From Marsupella aquatica (Eukaryota > Plantae > Marchantiophyta): a DNA stretch of 64,000 bases. The notes below the pieces were generated by a model. It was given only the letters and a program-made list of their open reading frames with translations, did no database searches and was not told where the DNA came from. Location of the stretch: contig OZ316892.1 of NCBI GenBank assembly GCA_973895155.1, forward strand, positions 6,555,251 through 6,619,250, read 5' to 3'. Position numbers and translations under genes: made by a program. Positions 39,924 through 53,059 of this stretch are shown one piece after another (the first letter of the stretch is position 1; each line of letters opens with the position of its first letter).

Positions 39924-40079
39924 ACTCTAGTATCTGTTTGGAGGAAAGATTCCATCATGTCTTCCACTTCTTGTAGAATCTAGTTATCGTGATGTCTACA
40001 TACTCTAGTATCTGTTTGGAGGAAAGATTCCATCATGTCTTCCACTTCTTGTAGAATCTAGTTATCGTGATGTCTACAT
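39924..40079. repeat. 78-bp perfect tandem duplication
   Basis: actctagtatctgtttggaggaaagattcc...gtgatgtctacat occurs twice. Confidence 0.9.
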
Positions 40080-40846
40080 CCACCCTGAACCTTGTTCTCT
40101 CCCTTCTCTCTAGTTTCAGCAATTCTCGACACAAGCAAACTGTTCGAAAATTTCTTAGGAACATGTTGCCTCACTCTTGACTCCGATATGTGAACCAATG
40201 ATCTTGAAGAGACGATTTTAAAGTCTCCCACACTCCCACCTCCTTCCGTATTTCCAAAGCGTTTGCGACCATAATAAGAATCTACCAGCACAGAAGGCTT
40301 TCATCACTGTAGAGACCAGCCTTCACCTTTCATTTTATTGTCTCATGAGACATAAGGCACTGCATCCTATTTTCTGCCTTGACAAATGTCAACTAGTTAT
40401 TGGCTTCCTACCATTTGTTACGTCCTAACGAACAGCGACTTGTGCTTGTCAGCTAATGTTCAGTGTTGACGGTTGCCTTACAAGAAAAAAATCTACTCCT
40501 CTGTAAGAAATCAGCAAGTCTTGAAGCTATTTCCAGTGCTCTTGTGAACAATGAAACGACCCCAAAATCAACTCTTAGGACCCTATACATACGTACGTCA
40601 CCTTGTGGAAGAAAGAGTGAGCCACACGATCATTTGGTACAACTCTAAGTCTACACCCCATTTCAGTAGTTATACAGACTTCGCAGGAACTCTAGTTGTA
40701 AACCCATTCCAAGATCAGGCAGTGATAAGCAGACCTTCTCGGTGCAATTCTCAACATGGATCCAGGTAAGTAAAGATGGAGACGTCTGTCAAAGATTCAA
40801 AGTACGCTGAAAATTTTGTACAAAAATGTCACAAAATGTCAAGGAT

Positions 40847-43800
40847 TTATTGCCAATCGTCTGTATCCTCTCCTACTCTCATGTGAAGATGCTTCTCTCT
40901 TTTGTGAAACTCTGTGATTCCTTTACCACTACCTGTAACACCTACCTTTCCCTTTGGGTCATCTGGTGACTTAAAAATGCTTTCCTTCTTGCGTCCTGTG
41001 AAGAAGCCCACCTGTGGAGAACGAGAAGGATCATATTTAGATCTCTAAAGAGACTGAAAGCTGAAACCGCATGACTGCCACACGAAATGTGGAATTTGGT
41101 TTCTAGACTTCCTGGATACAGCAATTGTAACTCTGGCTATGAAACACAAATAACAGGATGAAAAAAAACAGAAGGAAGAATGCCGAGCTTTGGGCAGTCA
41201 GAGAAAAACATATCACACAAGCGCAAATGGAGCTACAACGGAAAAGGTGACTCGGTAAGGGCTTAACATGCATACCTTTTTAGACTTCCCTTTGGAACCT
41301 TGAAATTGTTGCCACGCATTTTGCCGCTTATTTTGTGTTAGCTCCATTTGTTCCAGTCTCTGCTTTGATTTGAAGGCATGGATTTTTTTTCTCTTTGCAA
41401 GTTTCTACACATGACAATACACCACAGAAAACAAGGTAAACTTCGGTGTCATTAGAGCAGCATTTGCACTAGAGTGGTTGTCAAAGGCGAGGAAACCCTA
41501 AACGGCAAGGACTCGTGACCACTCTATCACCACCAGAATATTACAAGATTTGTCATTGACCTATCAAAGTTAGCATCGAAGTCGATCAGCATTGTGATAC
41601 TGTCCACTCTTCAGGGCATAAAATTCCAACCATCCATGTTTTCTGAAGACTCTCGACTTGCGTACAATCTTCAGTATATATGACTTCAGAAGGTGATATC
41701 AGCGTGATACATACAATATCCTCAGAATCATCTGGATGGATTTTCAACTTTGCAGGTAAGTCCCTTGGCATGACATCTAGCTCAGCTGCCTGGGCAATTT
41801 TCCTTTTCAAAGCCATCTTTGTGGCTTCAGCCTGTTTCTCTGGATCAAAAAGTGTATCATCTTCTACATTTGGAATCTCCGGGTCATCTTCTGCAGGACT
41901 GATGCTTCTCACGTTTGCTAGGTCTACCTGCGCAAATAAAATGACGCATACATGTCAGAAACTATAAAACAGTCATAAGATCCTCTTAATCATCACATCA
42001 GAGACTAGAGTTTATAATTTATCCGAATCTCCATAGATCGACAGAAATGACGCTTACGTCCGAGCAGCTCTAGTCTACGACTTTTACCAGCTTAGACTTC
42101 TACCCGAAAGCGAATTTAGCAGAAGCTTCTAACCTATCGGGACTATTAAGTGGAGAGGTTAAGAAAGTACCTCCTCCTTATTGCCCCACTCGTCATACGA
42201 AACAAAGTAACCTATTGGCGTTACTGCTTCGACAGTAGCATTGTACCTGCGTGGTCAGCAATGAGGAATTAAGACGAAATAATGCGAAGTTTCAACTGTT
42301 CTGTTACAACAGAATCTGAATCTCAGTTTACAAAATGTCAGTTTACAAAATGCACCGTCAGAGACGCACCATTCGCCATCCTCACTCCATACTGCCTGCA
42401 CTTTGCCCCCAACAGGTAGCCGTCCACTGATATCATGGGTTTCATACACCTGGTAAAGAAGAGGAACTCTTCAGATATATGGGCAGGCAACGAAACAGCT
42501 GGACATCAAATGGATTGCAGCTAAAGCAGTGTGTATTACACAGCATATACATCAATAGAAACGATGGAAGGTGAATAAGAACGATGGGATTGACACTCGA
42601 TCCATAAGAAATATCCTCTTCTTCCTATCACATCTACCCTTATACCTGCTTGGTCACGGATCTCCCGGATTCTTGGTTAGTGATCAGCGGTGGAGAAGAC
42701 GGAGCGTCTGGGGATACAGGCTCAGATTGCCTTGCTGTTGTGAGTAGATCTTGTGTAAGTTCAATAACCTGCACACAAATTGTCACGCAAATAATCTTTG
42801 TTTAATAAAAATAAAGGTTTTAACTGTTTCCTTCTCAAATCTGAAAAACCTCTCAGGTCATGATAAAAACGTAGCTTTCAAGGCTTTGTTCAGGTATTAG
42901 AACGGGAGTTAATTAATACAGTCACAGCAAAAATACCGTGCACGGCACTCGGGTATTAGGCTAAGCGACATTCGATACGGGCACAGCAAGCTGTTGAAAA
43001 TCCTGCACCTTCCCGTGCTGTTCTTCGGCGTGCAGATATCATGCCATACTTTTTGTACATAACTTCATTTAGAGATGGGGGACGAAGAACAACTCTGAGA
43101 AGCCCAAGCCCAGGTACGTCGCAGCACTACACTCCATTCAAGAGGGCAAACCACCTCACCTTGCAAAGAAACTCCAATAAGGGTCCTGTTTCGCATGCAG
43201 CTGTGTCGTGCTGCCCTGCTTGAACAACATTGGTGACTCCTTTAGGTACACTGACTAGCTTTTCATCTCTCATATCCTCTCGTTTCTCTCTGCAGACGTC
43301 ACTCGCAAATCTCCTTGCTAAATCACATCAAAACAAGTTCCATTCGTTGTGCGCATGCAAAGTTCCCAAATACTAACCCTACAAGGATATTTAGTCCACT
43401 TACCTCTTCCAACTCCGTAACCATTTCCTGCAGCTCGGCATTTGTTGGCTCAGCATCGTATAACTGCCTCACCTGCCAGCAGCACCAGATGCATCAGACG
43501 ACATACAATCCCTTCAACAACATATATTTTGCAACATGCAGGTCCTTCGAACGAGAGCAGCACGTTCATGACTTCCTCAGTACTGAATTATGAGGCCCCG
43601 GATGGTAAGAAAGCGCCCGCGAGGAAGACAATAAAAACCTATAAAACGTACCCGGTAGTAGAAAGACAACGAAAGGATATTCCTCTGTCCGAAAGAAAAA
43701 GAGATAGAAACCCTAACTCGACCAAGAAAATTATCTTGGACCCGACGTTCATCTGAAATAACCGAATAAACGTACCACAAAGACTAACAACTATCGGGAC

Positions 43801-43999
43801 ATCAAAATACACAGAAATCTAAAAATAATCGGACATTCATTTCATCATTCTCGCCATCACACACAACGAAATAAGATCGCGAAAAACAACTTTCACCATG
43901 CAAAACAGGCGTTCCTTAAACAAACAACAGAGCACCTACTTGCAGAAGCTGCTCCTGATACGTCTTCAAGTTCTCTTCAAGCTCTGGCACGCTCTGCAT
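40847..43999 (-). CDS. SPF30: Survival of motor neuron-related splicing factor 30 (Tudor domain), 8 exons
   Basis: Exons approx. 43999-43940 (MQSVPELEENLKTYQEQLLQ), 43472-43404, 42768-42646 (VIELTQDLL), 42449-42369 (KVQAVWSEDGEW), 42246-42171 (YNATVE...YDEWGNKEE), 41927-41715, 41404-41276 (KKIHAFKSKQR...RQNAWQQF) and 41011-40847 (KKESIFKSPDDPKGKVGVTGSGKG). Confidence 0.92.
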
Positions 44000-45549
44000 C
44001 TTGTCCGGTTCGTCGGCTTCCTGGCGCTTCTGCTTTTTCGGAAGCTTGTGTGGCTCGTAGGGTTGCTTGCGGTCGGGCGACTTGATTTAGTAGAATTAGC
44101 TCCTTGACTGGAACAGCTGCTGATTCCTACTCACTGCCAGCGACAAGAGGAAAGGGAGGAGCAGAAATCGAAATAAATCACTCCAGTGAATGTCTCCGGC
44201 CGATTCAAGCTTAAATTCTTCGAGCCTCTCGATGTCTCTGCTCTCGCTTCTGCTTCTTCGGAAGTCTGTGCGGCTCATAGGGTTGCACGAATTGATTTTG
44301 GAGAATTGGGTCCTCTCCTTGAAGCTGCAGCCTTCTCACTGCTTGCGGCACTACGAACTACAGTAGCAGGATTCGGCAAACATTCACTTCAGTCGTGCGT
44401 ACCCCATGGATTCAAGCTTGAGTTCTTCGCGCCTCCCCTTGCCCCTCTCTCCTTCTCTGTGCTCTGCTTCCTCTTTGTCTCGTGAGGAGCACGAAAAAAT
44501 GTACAGTACATAGTATAGTCCTGTTTAAATGGATTACTATGCAATACGATCCCTATGCTAGTGCTTGTGCTTTGCAGGAGAGCAGGCCCATAGGGATTGG
44601 CCGGGGCATTAGGCGCAGAGGAAAGCAAATATGTGATAGGAGTGTACATTTTTCTCATCAATGGTCGGCAAAAACAACTAATCAAATCCAATGGCTGTGA
44701 ATCTTTCCGGCCCAGGAGCTTTTTTGTATGGGGACTAAGGACAAAAAAAGACAGGATCCCTTATTATAGTTATAGATGATGGACAAAGTGCTCATGTGGA
44801 CCACATTTTGGTAGTCCATGGGTGGAGCCCATAACTTGATTATTATTTTATCTTAGTATTAGTATCAAGAGTTCCTCCTTCTCTCTAGTCTGCTTCCTTT
44901 TTGCCTCGTGAGGAGCACGCAAACATGTACGATACATACTATAGTCCTGTTTAAATGGATTACTATGCACTATGGTGGACAAAGTGCTCATGTACCACAT
45001 TTTGGTAGTGCATGGGGTGGAGCCAATAACTTAATTATTATCTTATCTTAGTTATCAAAAGTTAGAGTTGGGGCCTAGGCTTCTAGAGTATTGTAACTCT
45101 ATAGCCCACCATGTGTATGTAAAAACTCATTGCTATGATATATGTCAACTGATAATTATCATGCATGTTTTTTATCATCATTTCTATTTTACATTCAAAA
45201 AATGGACCCTATAGCCCGACGATAATATAGAAAGAAGGATGTGCTGTGTGCATATATAGAAAGGAAATGGAATGTTATGAATGATTATTAAATAATGACC
45301 TGCATGATGATTTTTTAATTATTTCATTGACTTGCAAAGAATGTGAATAGTGAATATACTGTGGTGATATTTTTATTGTCCTCCTCACTATTCAAGTTCA
45401 AAGAACAGGCAGTCTGGGCTAGTGAGTTCCACACAAGACAACTCATGGTGACTTAGGGTGAAGCACCTCCACGAGACCCTATCTTGATCACAAAGTTAGC
45501 GAAGGAGAGAACTTGGGAGAGAAGGAGAGAAACAGTCTCCTCCCTAGCT

Positions 45550-46525
45550 TTGAGTTTGTGTGCACTGTGTTTCCCCAAGTTCGATTTGGTTGTGGGCAGA
45601 TTGGGTAGTGGTTGGCTCGCACCCTACTAGGAACTTCAGATTTTTCCACCTGAGAACCAACCAAGCTGTCAGCGGAGAAGTCTGGAAGCCCAAGACTAGT
45701 TGCCGTCAAATACAAGAAGCGGTTTTGCCAGTTTGCTAGATTTGTTTCCATACTCGTGCACTGTAGATCTGGCCAATAACCTACACAGGAACCCACATGG
45801 GACAGATCAATCTTTTAGTGCATGGTAAGGTACATTTAAACTGAGTGAGCTGGCATCAGATTTTGGGCCATTGATCTTTGAGGATAATTGGCTCAAGGTT
45901 AATTTTTTATCATAACCTTACAGTCACTGCTAGCATTGCTGAAGTTTAGAAACTCTGAATGTACTTAGACCATTGCCTAAATTTTAACTACAACAAGTAC
46001 AGTATCTTACAAAGGAATAGTTGCCCAAAGTACAGTAGTTCTAAAAATTGCAACCTTGCACCAGTCCCTCGCTCCTGGGGGGCCTCAATCGGTCACACAA
46101 TTCAACAGCTTAAAAGCCAACCTATTCAAGACCTCCTAGAAGCTTAATTACGATAACCTAGTCAGGCTCAAGGCAGGCTCAGCTTTCAATGACCTTAATG
46201 AGGCCTCAACAAGATCTCGTCAATAATCTCAACGAGCCCAGATGTTTGAATACGGTGGATACAAAGACTAATATAGTAGCTTACCTGGAAAGATGATTCT
46301 GCCTCCTGCTTTTGGGTTTACTCGGATCCGTTACTTGATCAGGGAAATTTACCGTCGGCAGATCTACGTTAAACCCCTTGTTGCAAACGTGAGCCGGGTT
46401 GTTTGGTGGATGGAGTGGTCCGCTTGAAGGGCTGACCCTTGTAGCTGTTTCATTGCAGCTTTCAGCTTCTCCTGCGCACACAGTGAATTCAAGGCCATTA
46501 TCAGATTGTACGTACATGACAAGCT
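45550..46525 (-). pseudogene. 2OG/Fe(II) dioxygenase (DOXC) pseudogene fragment, copy C
   Basis: RVRANHYPICPQPNRTWGNTVHT matches the RxNYYPxCPxP..TLG..HTD motif. Colinear with 53060-53915. Confidence 0.7.
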
Positions 46526-46535
46526 AAATTTCAGC

Positions 46536-46790
46536 GATTATGGAATCTTCCAGATTCTCAACCATGACTTGCCTGTCCAACTTGTGGAACAACTCTCGGA
46601 CTGTTTTAGACAACTATTCACTCTATCTCTGGAGGTGAGTAATGCATGGCATGTTGACAAAAATGACTGGTCTGTGTAAACGCATTCAGTGCAGGTTTGG
46701 AACATTAATGAAAGTCCTGGTTACGGACCCCAATTAGGGGTCCTTTCCAAAATTCCTGGCTTCATAGTGCGCCACATCATCATGGCATGC
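46536..46790 (+). pseudogene. Oppositely oriented 2OGD fragment (DIOX_N exon end plus start of next exon)
   Basis: DYGIFQILNHDLPVQLVEQLSDCFRQLFTLSLE|gtgagt (46536-46634), then ag|VWNINESPGYGP from 46695. Confidence 0.65.
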
Positions 46791-48870
46791 TCCAAACAGG
46801 AAGAGACTTGTTTTTGGATAAAATTAACTTCTACATTTGTGTTTGTGGCAACTTTGCTATAAAAATTGGGACATCATGCTGTAAAAAAGAATGTAAAAAA
46901 AATTGACATGCAAATCAAAAGAGAAAAAGGTTGAGGTAAAATTGCTCCCAGTAACGGTTTTATTTACATTTTGATTTTATTCAAAACATAAAATTTTCCC
47001 GACAACAATTTTTGATTTGACATTGTTGAGTCAAATCATAATGAAAACTCACGCATAACATGGCGTTGGAAAGATCTTGAAGAGACAATCCTAATGAGCT
47101 CAACATTGTCACCATTCAATAAGAATTGAGTAAGTAATTTGAAAATTAGATTTTACCCATGATTTCGTAATCTCTAACATGAATAAAAATCTATGTTGTA
47201 CAACTCCTGAAATGTTGACCCCTTCGATGAGAATGAACCTAAAATTGACAGATTTTATCAAGTACTAAGGAGATTATGAATTTTAGAATTTCTTTAGCTT
47301 TTTAATGAACTTAACATTGATAGATGTCGTTGAGTTCTTAGGAGATTATAAGTTTCCAAAGTTCTCTAGCTTTTCAATGAGTTTGACATTGAGAGATTTT
47401 ATCAAGTACTAAAGTGGTCATGAGTTTCTAATTTTTTCTAGCTTTCTCTAGCTTTTGATCCATTTCGAATTCCACAATTGGAGATTTGTTTCCATGAAAC
47501 GTTTTGTCTTAAACAATTATGCAAAGTTAGTGATTTGATGACACCAATGACTTCTCTCTTTTCGTCTATCTGTGTGTAGGAATTGAAAAGTGATTACTTT
47601 CGATGTAACTTGAGTGCATCCAGCATCCCTTTGGTACCGTGGAGGGAAACCATCGAGCATCGTTTTGCTAAAGTGGGCAATTAAGTTACCCACACATTAA
47701 ACACTAGTTCACATTGCAATTGGTTTCGTGATTGATGTTAATTATGGTTGCTTTGGTAAGTTTGGTTGTTTCAAGTGTCAAATATTGACTTGTCCATTTT
47801 TGAATTTTGTTTTCTTTGGATTTGGAGGTCCATCTAGGCTTCAGTTTCTAGCCTCTAAAATAACATGGGGGTCCACGTATTAATTGATATCTGGAAGGAT
47901 ACTCCTCACAAGCCTCATGGATAGTCCTCTTGATGCTGCTCCGGCCACAAGCGTAAATTCTGGCCTAAAGACCTCTTCTAAGATCGTTCCTTTGCCTTGG
48001 TCCCTTGCCCACACGACTTCGCGACTCCTCTCGTAACTGTTCCAATTTGTGCACAGGCGACAAGCCGAGAACTGGAAGGTCAAAGTTGAATTTGTCATGC
48101 ACGTCAACATTTGGTCTAGTTCCCTTGGACCGCAGGTAGGTATCGTCCTGGAATTCCATACAGTTTGAGACCTCCAAACCTGCGGACTTGTCAAGGGGAA
48201 GTTGAGCTGCAGCACCATTGCATGTCCGCCTCGATCAGGAACCCAATGACTCAGATGTGCTTTATCTGGATAGACTTTGTCTGAACTAGACAAAGTAAAA
48301 GACTTTTCCCAGGCCTAAAGGGCCTAAGGCACGAGTTATGAACACTACAATAATGTATGGTCTTTAAGAAACAAAGTCTCTGTTACTGTCAGTTACACTT
48401 TGATTCTTGAATCTACTGTGTGTATTAGGTTTTGATCAGGACTAGCCCCAAGGTGTTAAGGTTTTTTTCTTGGGTCTTGAAAGTTTCAGACCTCCCCGTA
48501 TACACAACACACCTGTTGCACCTCCCCTTGAGTATAATGGTCAGCCTCATAGGGCGTCCAATATGGTTTCGCCATCTCTTTTAGGGAAACAACTGCTCGG
48601 GTAGAAAAATCTGTAAATTTAGTACAAATTTTGCACAAATCTGTCCATATTAGTACTTTTGTCAATAAATAAAAACTTAAGTTTGCATAAGTGAACCCTA
48701 TGCAAGAAAAAACTCCCACCTGAGAGCCCGATGGAGACAGTCATGTGTATCTTTTTGTAGCTTTGATTCTCAAGTGCATGTCTTTTTAGGTCGTCGAGAT
48801 TTTAGGTACCTTTTTGTAGCCCAATTTCTGCACCCCACAAAATGAATGATAAAAAACACAGTATTCCAAC

Positions 48871-50522
48871 CTCGGGTGCACAACTCTTGTATGATAGACA
48901 CGGGTCTATATTTTTTATGATAGACACGGTTCTACTTTTTTTATGATAGACACGGGTCTACATTTTTATATGGACTAAAAGATTGGGTGTAATAAAAATT
49001 ATAAACTGGAAAAAGCTGGGTTTTTCAACTTTTAAATTTTTCTTTGAATGTCATATCTAAAGTTTGGTTTTCTTGGCAGGCTGGGGATGAGATCTATTGG
49101 GGATGGATGGTCTGTGGAAGATGGATGCTGGAAAGACCTCCCGCTTAGATGGCACAACCTACGGGGCTTCTCAGACAAAAATCGAGCGCTGGCAATGGCA
49201 TTTCTAGAGCGCCTTTGGTGCACAAACAACTATCGTGCTAAGTATTATCTATACGCCAAGCAGTGGAGATGGACAGATAAAACAGAACCACTGAAGGACT
49301 TTAGAATTGCGAATTGTCGGGTGTATGACTTCCTGCGGCCCAAGACCTCCAACCATGAACGTCTTAACAGAATTTGGTCTCTTTCCCGTGCAGAGCTGGG
49401 ATGGAATGTGCTCTGGACCAGGCTCTGGGGATCTGATTTACCTATCAGGGGAAAGACGTTTATCTGGCAGATCATCGTTGGGGGCCTATTCACTGGAGCC
49501 CGTGCACTGCGAATTGGTGTCAGTAATGGAGACTGTAAGCTCTGCAATGGGAGCCTCGAATCTATCCCTCACCTTTTTTTCCTGTGCCCACATGTTGTTT
49601 GCTGCTAGGACCTATGTCAGGTGTCGCTGAGCTCTTTAGATTTGCCAATTGGTCTCGGACTGATTGCCCTGCTTGACTCGGCATGTGGGAAGGAGCCTGT
49701 CCAGGTGGCTAGGATGTTTATCTTACATCAGATTCTCTGGCGGCTCTGGTTGGGACGGAACACGCATCTGTTTCAAACGGGGGCAAGACGGGTGTTTGAT
49801 CTGGGGCTTGCTTTGTCTGAGACGGCATCAACTTCTTTGCGGTTAATAGGCATTGCCCCCCCAGGCAGGAAGAGCACAAGACTTCTACAAGCCAAATCTT
49901 GGATTGACAGTCTTCGTAGAGGTTGGCTTGGCGGTGGTGGGAGAGTTATCTCTTCTGGGTGATGGGCCACTTGTTGGCTGCCTTTTGCTGCTTTCTTGGC
50001 TGTGCCCTCCAAATTTGGACTGGCCTTGTGATTTGTTTCTTTGTGTATTTAGGGGTGCCCTCCCTGTAGTGCTCTGTCCGGGCGATGGAGCATTGGGTTG
50101 GAGCGGAAGCCTGGCCCTTTGTTGTGTCGGTGTGTGTGATTGGGCTGCTGCCCTGCTGGGTGTTGCCTTCTCGGCCTTGCTGCCTGTTTGTGCGCCCTTC
50201 CCGTGGGGCTTTTCGCGGGGGAACAAAATTTATAAAATGGCTACCATTCAATGAAAGTTTGGTTTTCTTCTTTTTCCATGTTACTTAGTAGGATTAAAAC
50301 AAATTTTAAACTACTTGTAATTCTTATTAAAAGACTTTTAAATTTTTTAATAAAAGTTTCAAAAGCTGGTTAGTTTAGCTGTAGACCCGGGTGTAGACCC
50401 CTGTATTATACAAAACCCATATAATTGGTTTTGATCAAATTTTTCCATATCAGTCAGTTGGATATAAAGTCATCATAAGGAATTGAAAGCTGGCCTTATA
50501 AAAGGGGAGTTGCTTACCCAGG
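48871..50522. mobile_element. MITE copy 2 (same family as 8256-8736), interrupted by a LINE
   Basis: TIRs ctcgggtgcacaactc / gagttgcttacccagg. Interior homologous to copy 1 on both sides of the insertion. Confidence 0.75.
49075..50253 (+). mobile_element. 5'-truncated L1-type LINE (zf-RVT region of ORF2 plus 3' UTR)
   Basis: WTRLWGSDLPIRGKTFIWQI...CKLCNGSLESIPHLFFLCP is the zf-RVT motif. Perfect 16-bp TSD aaagtttggttttctt at 49059-49074 and 50254-50269. Confidence 0.9.
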
Positions 50523-51059
50523 ACTCTATCCACTAAACATAAAAACAGAACTGTTCCTAAATTAACCTTAAAAAATCACAAATACTTGACAAAATAATTT
50601 CCCCCAGCTTTCAACATAAAAGACACTCAGATGACTGACCAACTCAAAAATAAACCCACATGAGGGACCAAATAATACCTGGGAATAATACTAACTCGAA
50701 AAAATATCATCTACATCATCATGAGTTGAGGTGAGTTTTTATTTTTGGGAAAAATTACACCAATGTACATATGTGTGAGCAACAGGAAAACAGTTTGGAG
50801 ATGACCGTCTTAGAGCTCAGTATGTAAAGTGTTTGTAGCTGGTGGTAACTGGTGTGATTGGCAGTTGGTTGAGATGGAGAGTCTGTTCTACTTGCAGTGA
50901 ACGGGATTGTGAAGAAGACAATGAAAGTTACCTCAAAACATTTGAATTATGAGTCATGATTAACTGAGCTAGAATGGGATCTCCATCCAGCCTTAAGAGC
51001 TCGGATAGAATCAGTACTAAGCGAGGGAATAAAAAGTGGCGTACACATTGGAGTCCAAA

Positions 51060-51230
51060 GGCATATCTATACAGAAAATGGTACAAAGTGAAGGGAGGGT
51101 GAGCACACAAAGGCATGTCCTGTACAAAGCAAAAGTTAGTACAGAGTGAATACAAGGGCATGTCCTGTACAGTACAAAGCAAAAATACACAGTGGATACA
51201 AAAGCATGTCCTGTACAAAGCAAAAGAAAG
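51060..51230. repeat. Short tandem array (~45-bp unit, gcatgtcctgtaca..gcaaaa)
   Basis: Three to four degenerate copies visible. Confidence 0.65.
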
Positions 51231-52139
51231 GCGCTAGAAAATGAAATCTAAAGATCCCAAGAGTGATTGAATTCACAATTCTTTTCTTTCTATGCTTTCT
51301 AACTTTTGACTTTCTTTGGTCTGTAAAGGAAAGATGCACTGATAAGTTTTATTCCAAAAGCGGAGAAGGAGACCAATATATCCCACTTTCCCCAAAGACC
51401 ACACAAAGGATTTGTAAATATATATTTTTGGTTGGGAATGATTTAAATCTTTATGCCCATGCTTTACGCCCATACTCTATGCCCATCTTGTTATGCCCAT
51501 ACTGTATGCCCATAATTACCGTATCTTTCCTACCCAATAATATTTTTGCTCTGACTATGTCTTTTCCAAGCCGAGTTCCAAGCTAGAGATATTTTCCACT
51601 TGGCATCTCATCTTGGTAACTTTGTGCATTGCATGTATGGGCATTGGCTATCAAACACTTCAATAGGCAATCTCTCCAAAAATTGGGGGATGATCTCTTT
51701 AAAAAAAGCAAAAAAACAACAAGAAGAAAATTGTAACTGTTCGCAAAAGAAGAAGAATGTTGGGCACTATCTCACCTACTTGCCTGAGCTTTGCACATAT
51801 TCCATTGACATCAAATAAGGGACTTAATTCAGGAGTCCATTTCAAGTGACAGATGCCATGACCATCAATAAGGCACATACAAAGTCACACTTAGGGTGTA
51901 AATTTGTAGGTAATTGTGGTCAATTGTAAGTTGCCTTTTCAAGAACAAAGTGTTAGGCAAGGGATAAAAGTATTACTTCCAGGTACTGAAGACGGTTACA
52001 CAAAGTTGACATTGAGGAAGTTCTCTACTCAAACAATGAATCAAGACTTCATTGACATATAATTATATTCTCATCATTTTTCTTTCACTCCCTTTGCACA
52101 TTCTACTCCCTTCTGTGGAAATTTCTTATTTACTAAACT

Positions 52140-52750
52140 ACATTGTTTGCACAACATCTTTTTTGCAATGATGTCATTTATGCAACATTTGAAACCTTAA
52201 ACATAACAACCTTTTCTTATGTAACACTTCTATTACATGATGACATCTTTTCCATAAACAGATCAGTTTTGTTGGAACATCTTTCATGCAATGTCATCGT
52301 TTTGCAACAACATCTTTACCCAATTCAATGACATCTTTTGTACGTGCAACAACATGATCTTTTACGCAATATCTTTTGAATGATGATTTGAATGAACAAC
52401 TTTCTTGTGACCTCACTTGCATTTCTTTGCCTTGTAGTCTACATTTCTTTGCCTGGCCTTGACATTGCCTCATCCTAACATCTTTGCCTTGAGCACTACA
52501 ACATATATCTAACTGGGACATCTAATTTTGCCTCAACATTCAATTTGCCTCAACGACTGCAAAGCGGCAATGACACATAACATGCATCAATCACCAACCC
52601 ACTCAACTACATTTTTTCTTCCCTCACCTAGACATTTGTACCTTGTCTCAAATATTTTCTTGCCTTGACATCTTTTCTGCAGGCCTTGACATTTTCCCTC
52701 CACATCTCTTTCCCTCACCTCCAAATCTTTTTCTTTGCTCATCTTGACAT
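52140..52750. repeat. Degenerate (RACATCTTT) low-complexity array
   Basis: Same unit type as 8770-9800. Confidence 0.6.
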
Positions 52751-53059
52751 CTTTTGTGGATGCACAGGCATTGGACTACTATATGTACATATATATGATT
52801 TGAGCACAAGCATGACTTTAGACACAATTTATCCAATAAATTTGCTCAATCGCTTATCTTGTTACAATAGTACGTATATATTGGTTGCTTGAGGCAAAGC
52901 TAAGTCACCAATGTTGAGAGCAAGGGCAACTTGGTACGGGTTCACGTGGACTTCATGCCATCGGCCAATACCCCCCTCCCCGCAGGCGCCCCCCCACTCC
53001 CGCCCCCCCCCCCCCACACACACACGTCCAGCATCCTCATGAAATGGAGATCATGCTCG

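Noticed and set aside
47880-48720. Possible BED-finger/hAT remnant on the minus strand (MAKPYW...VCCVY)
   Set aside because: Motif incomplete and no catalytic domain visible.
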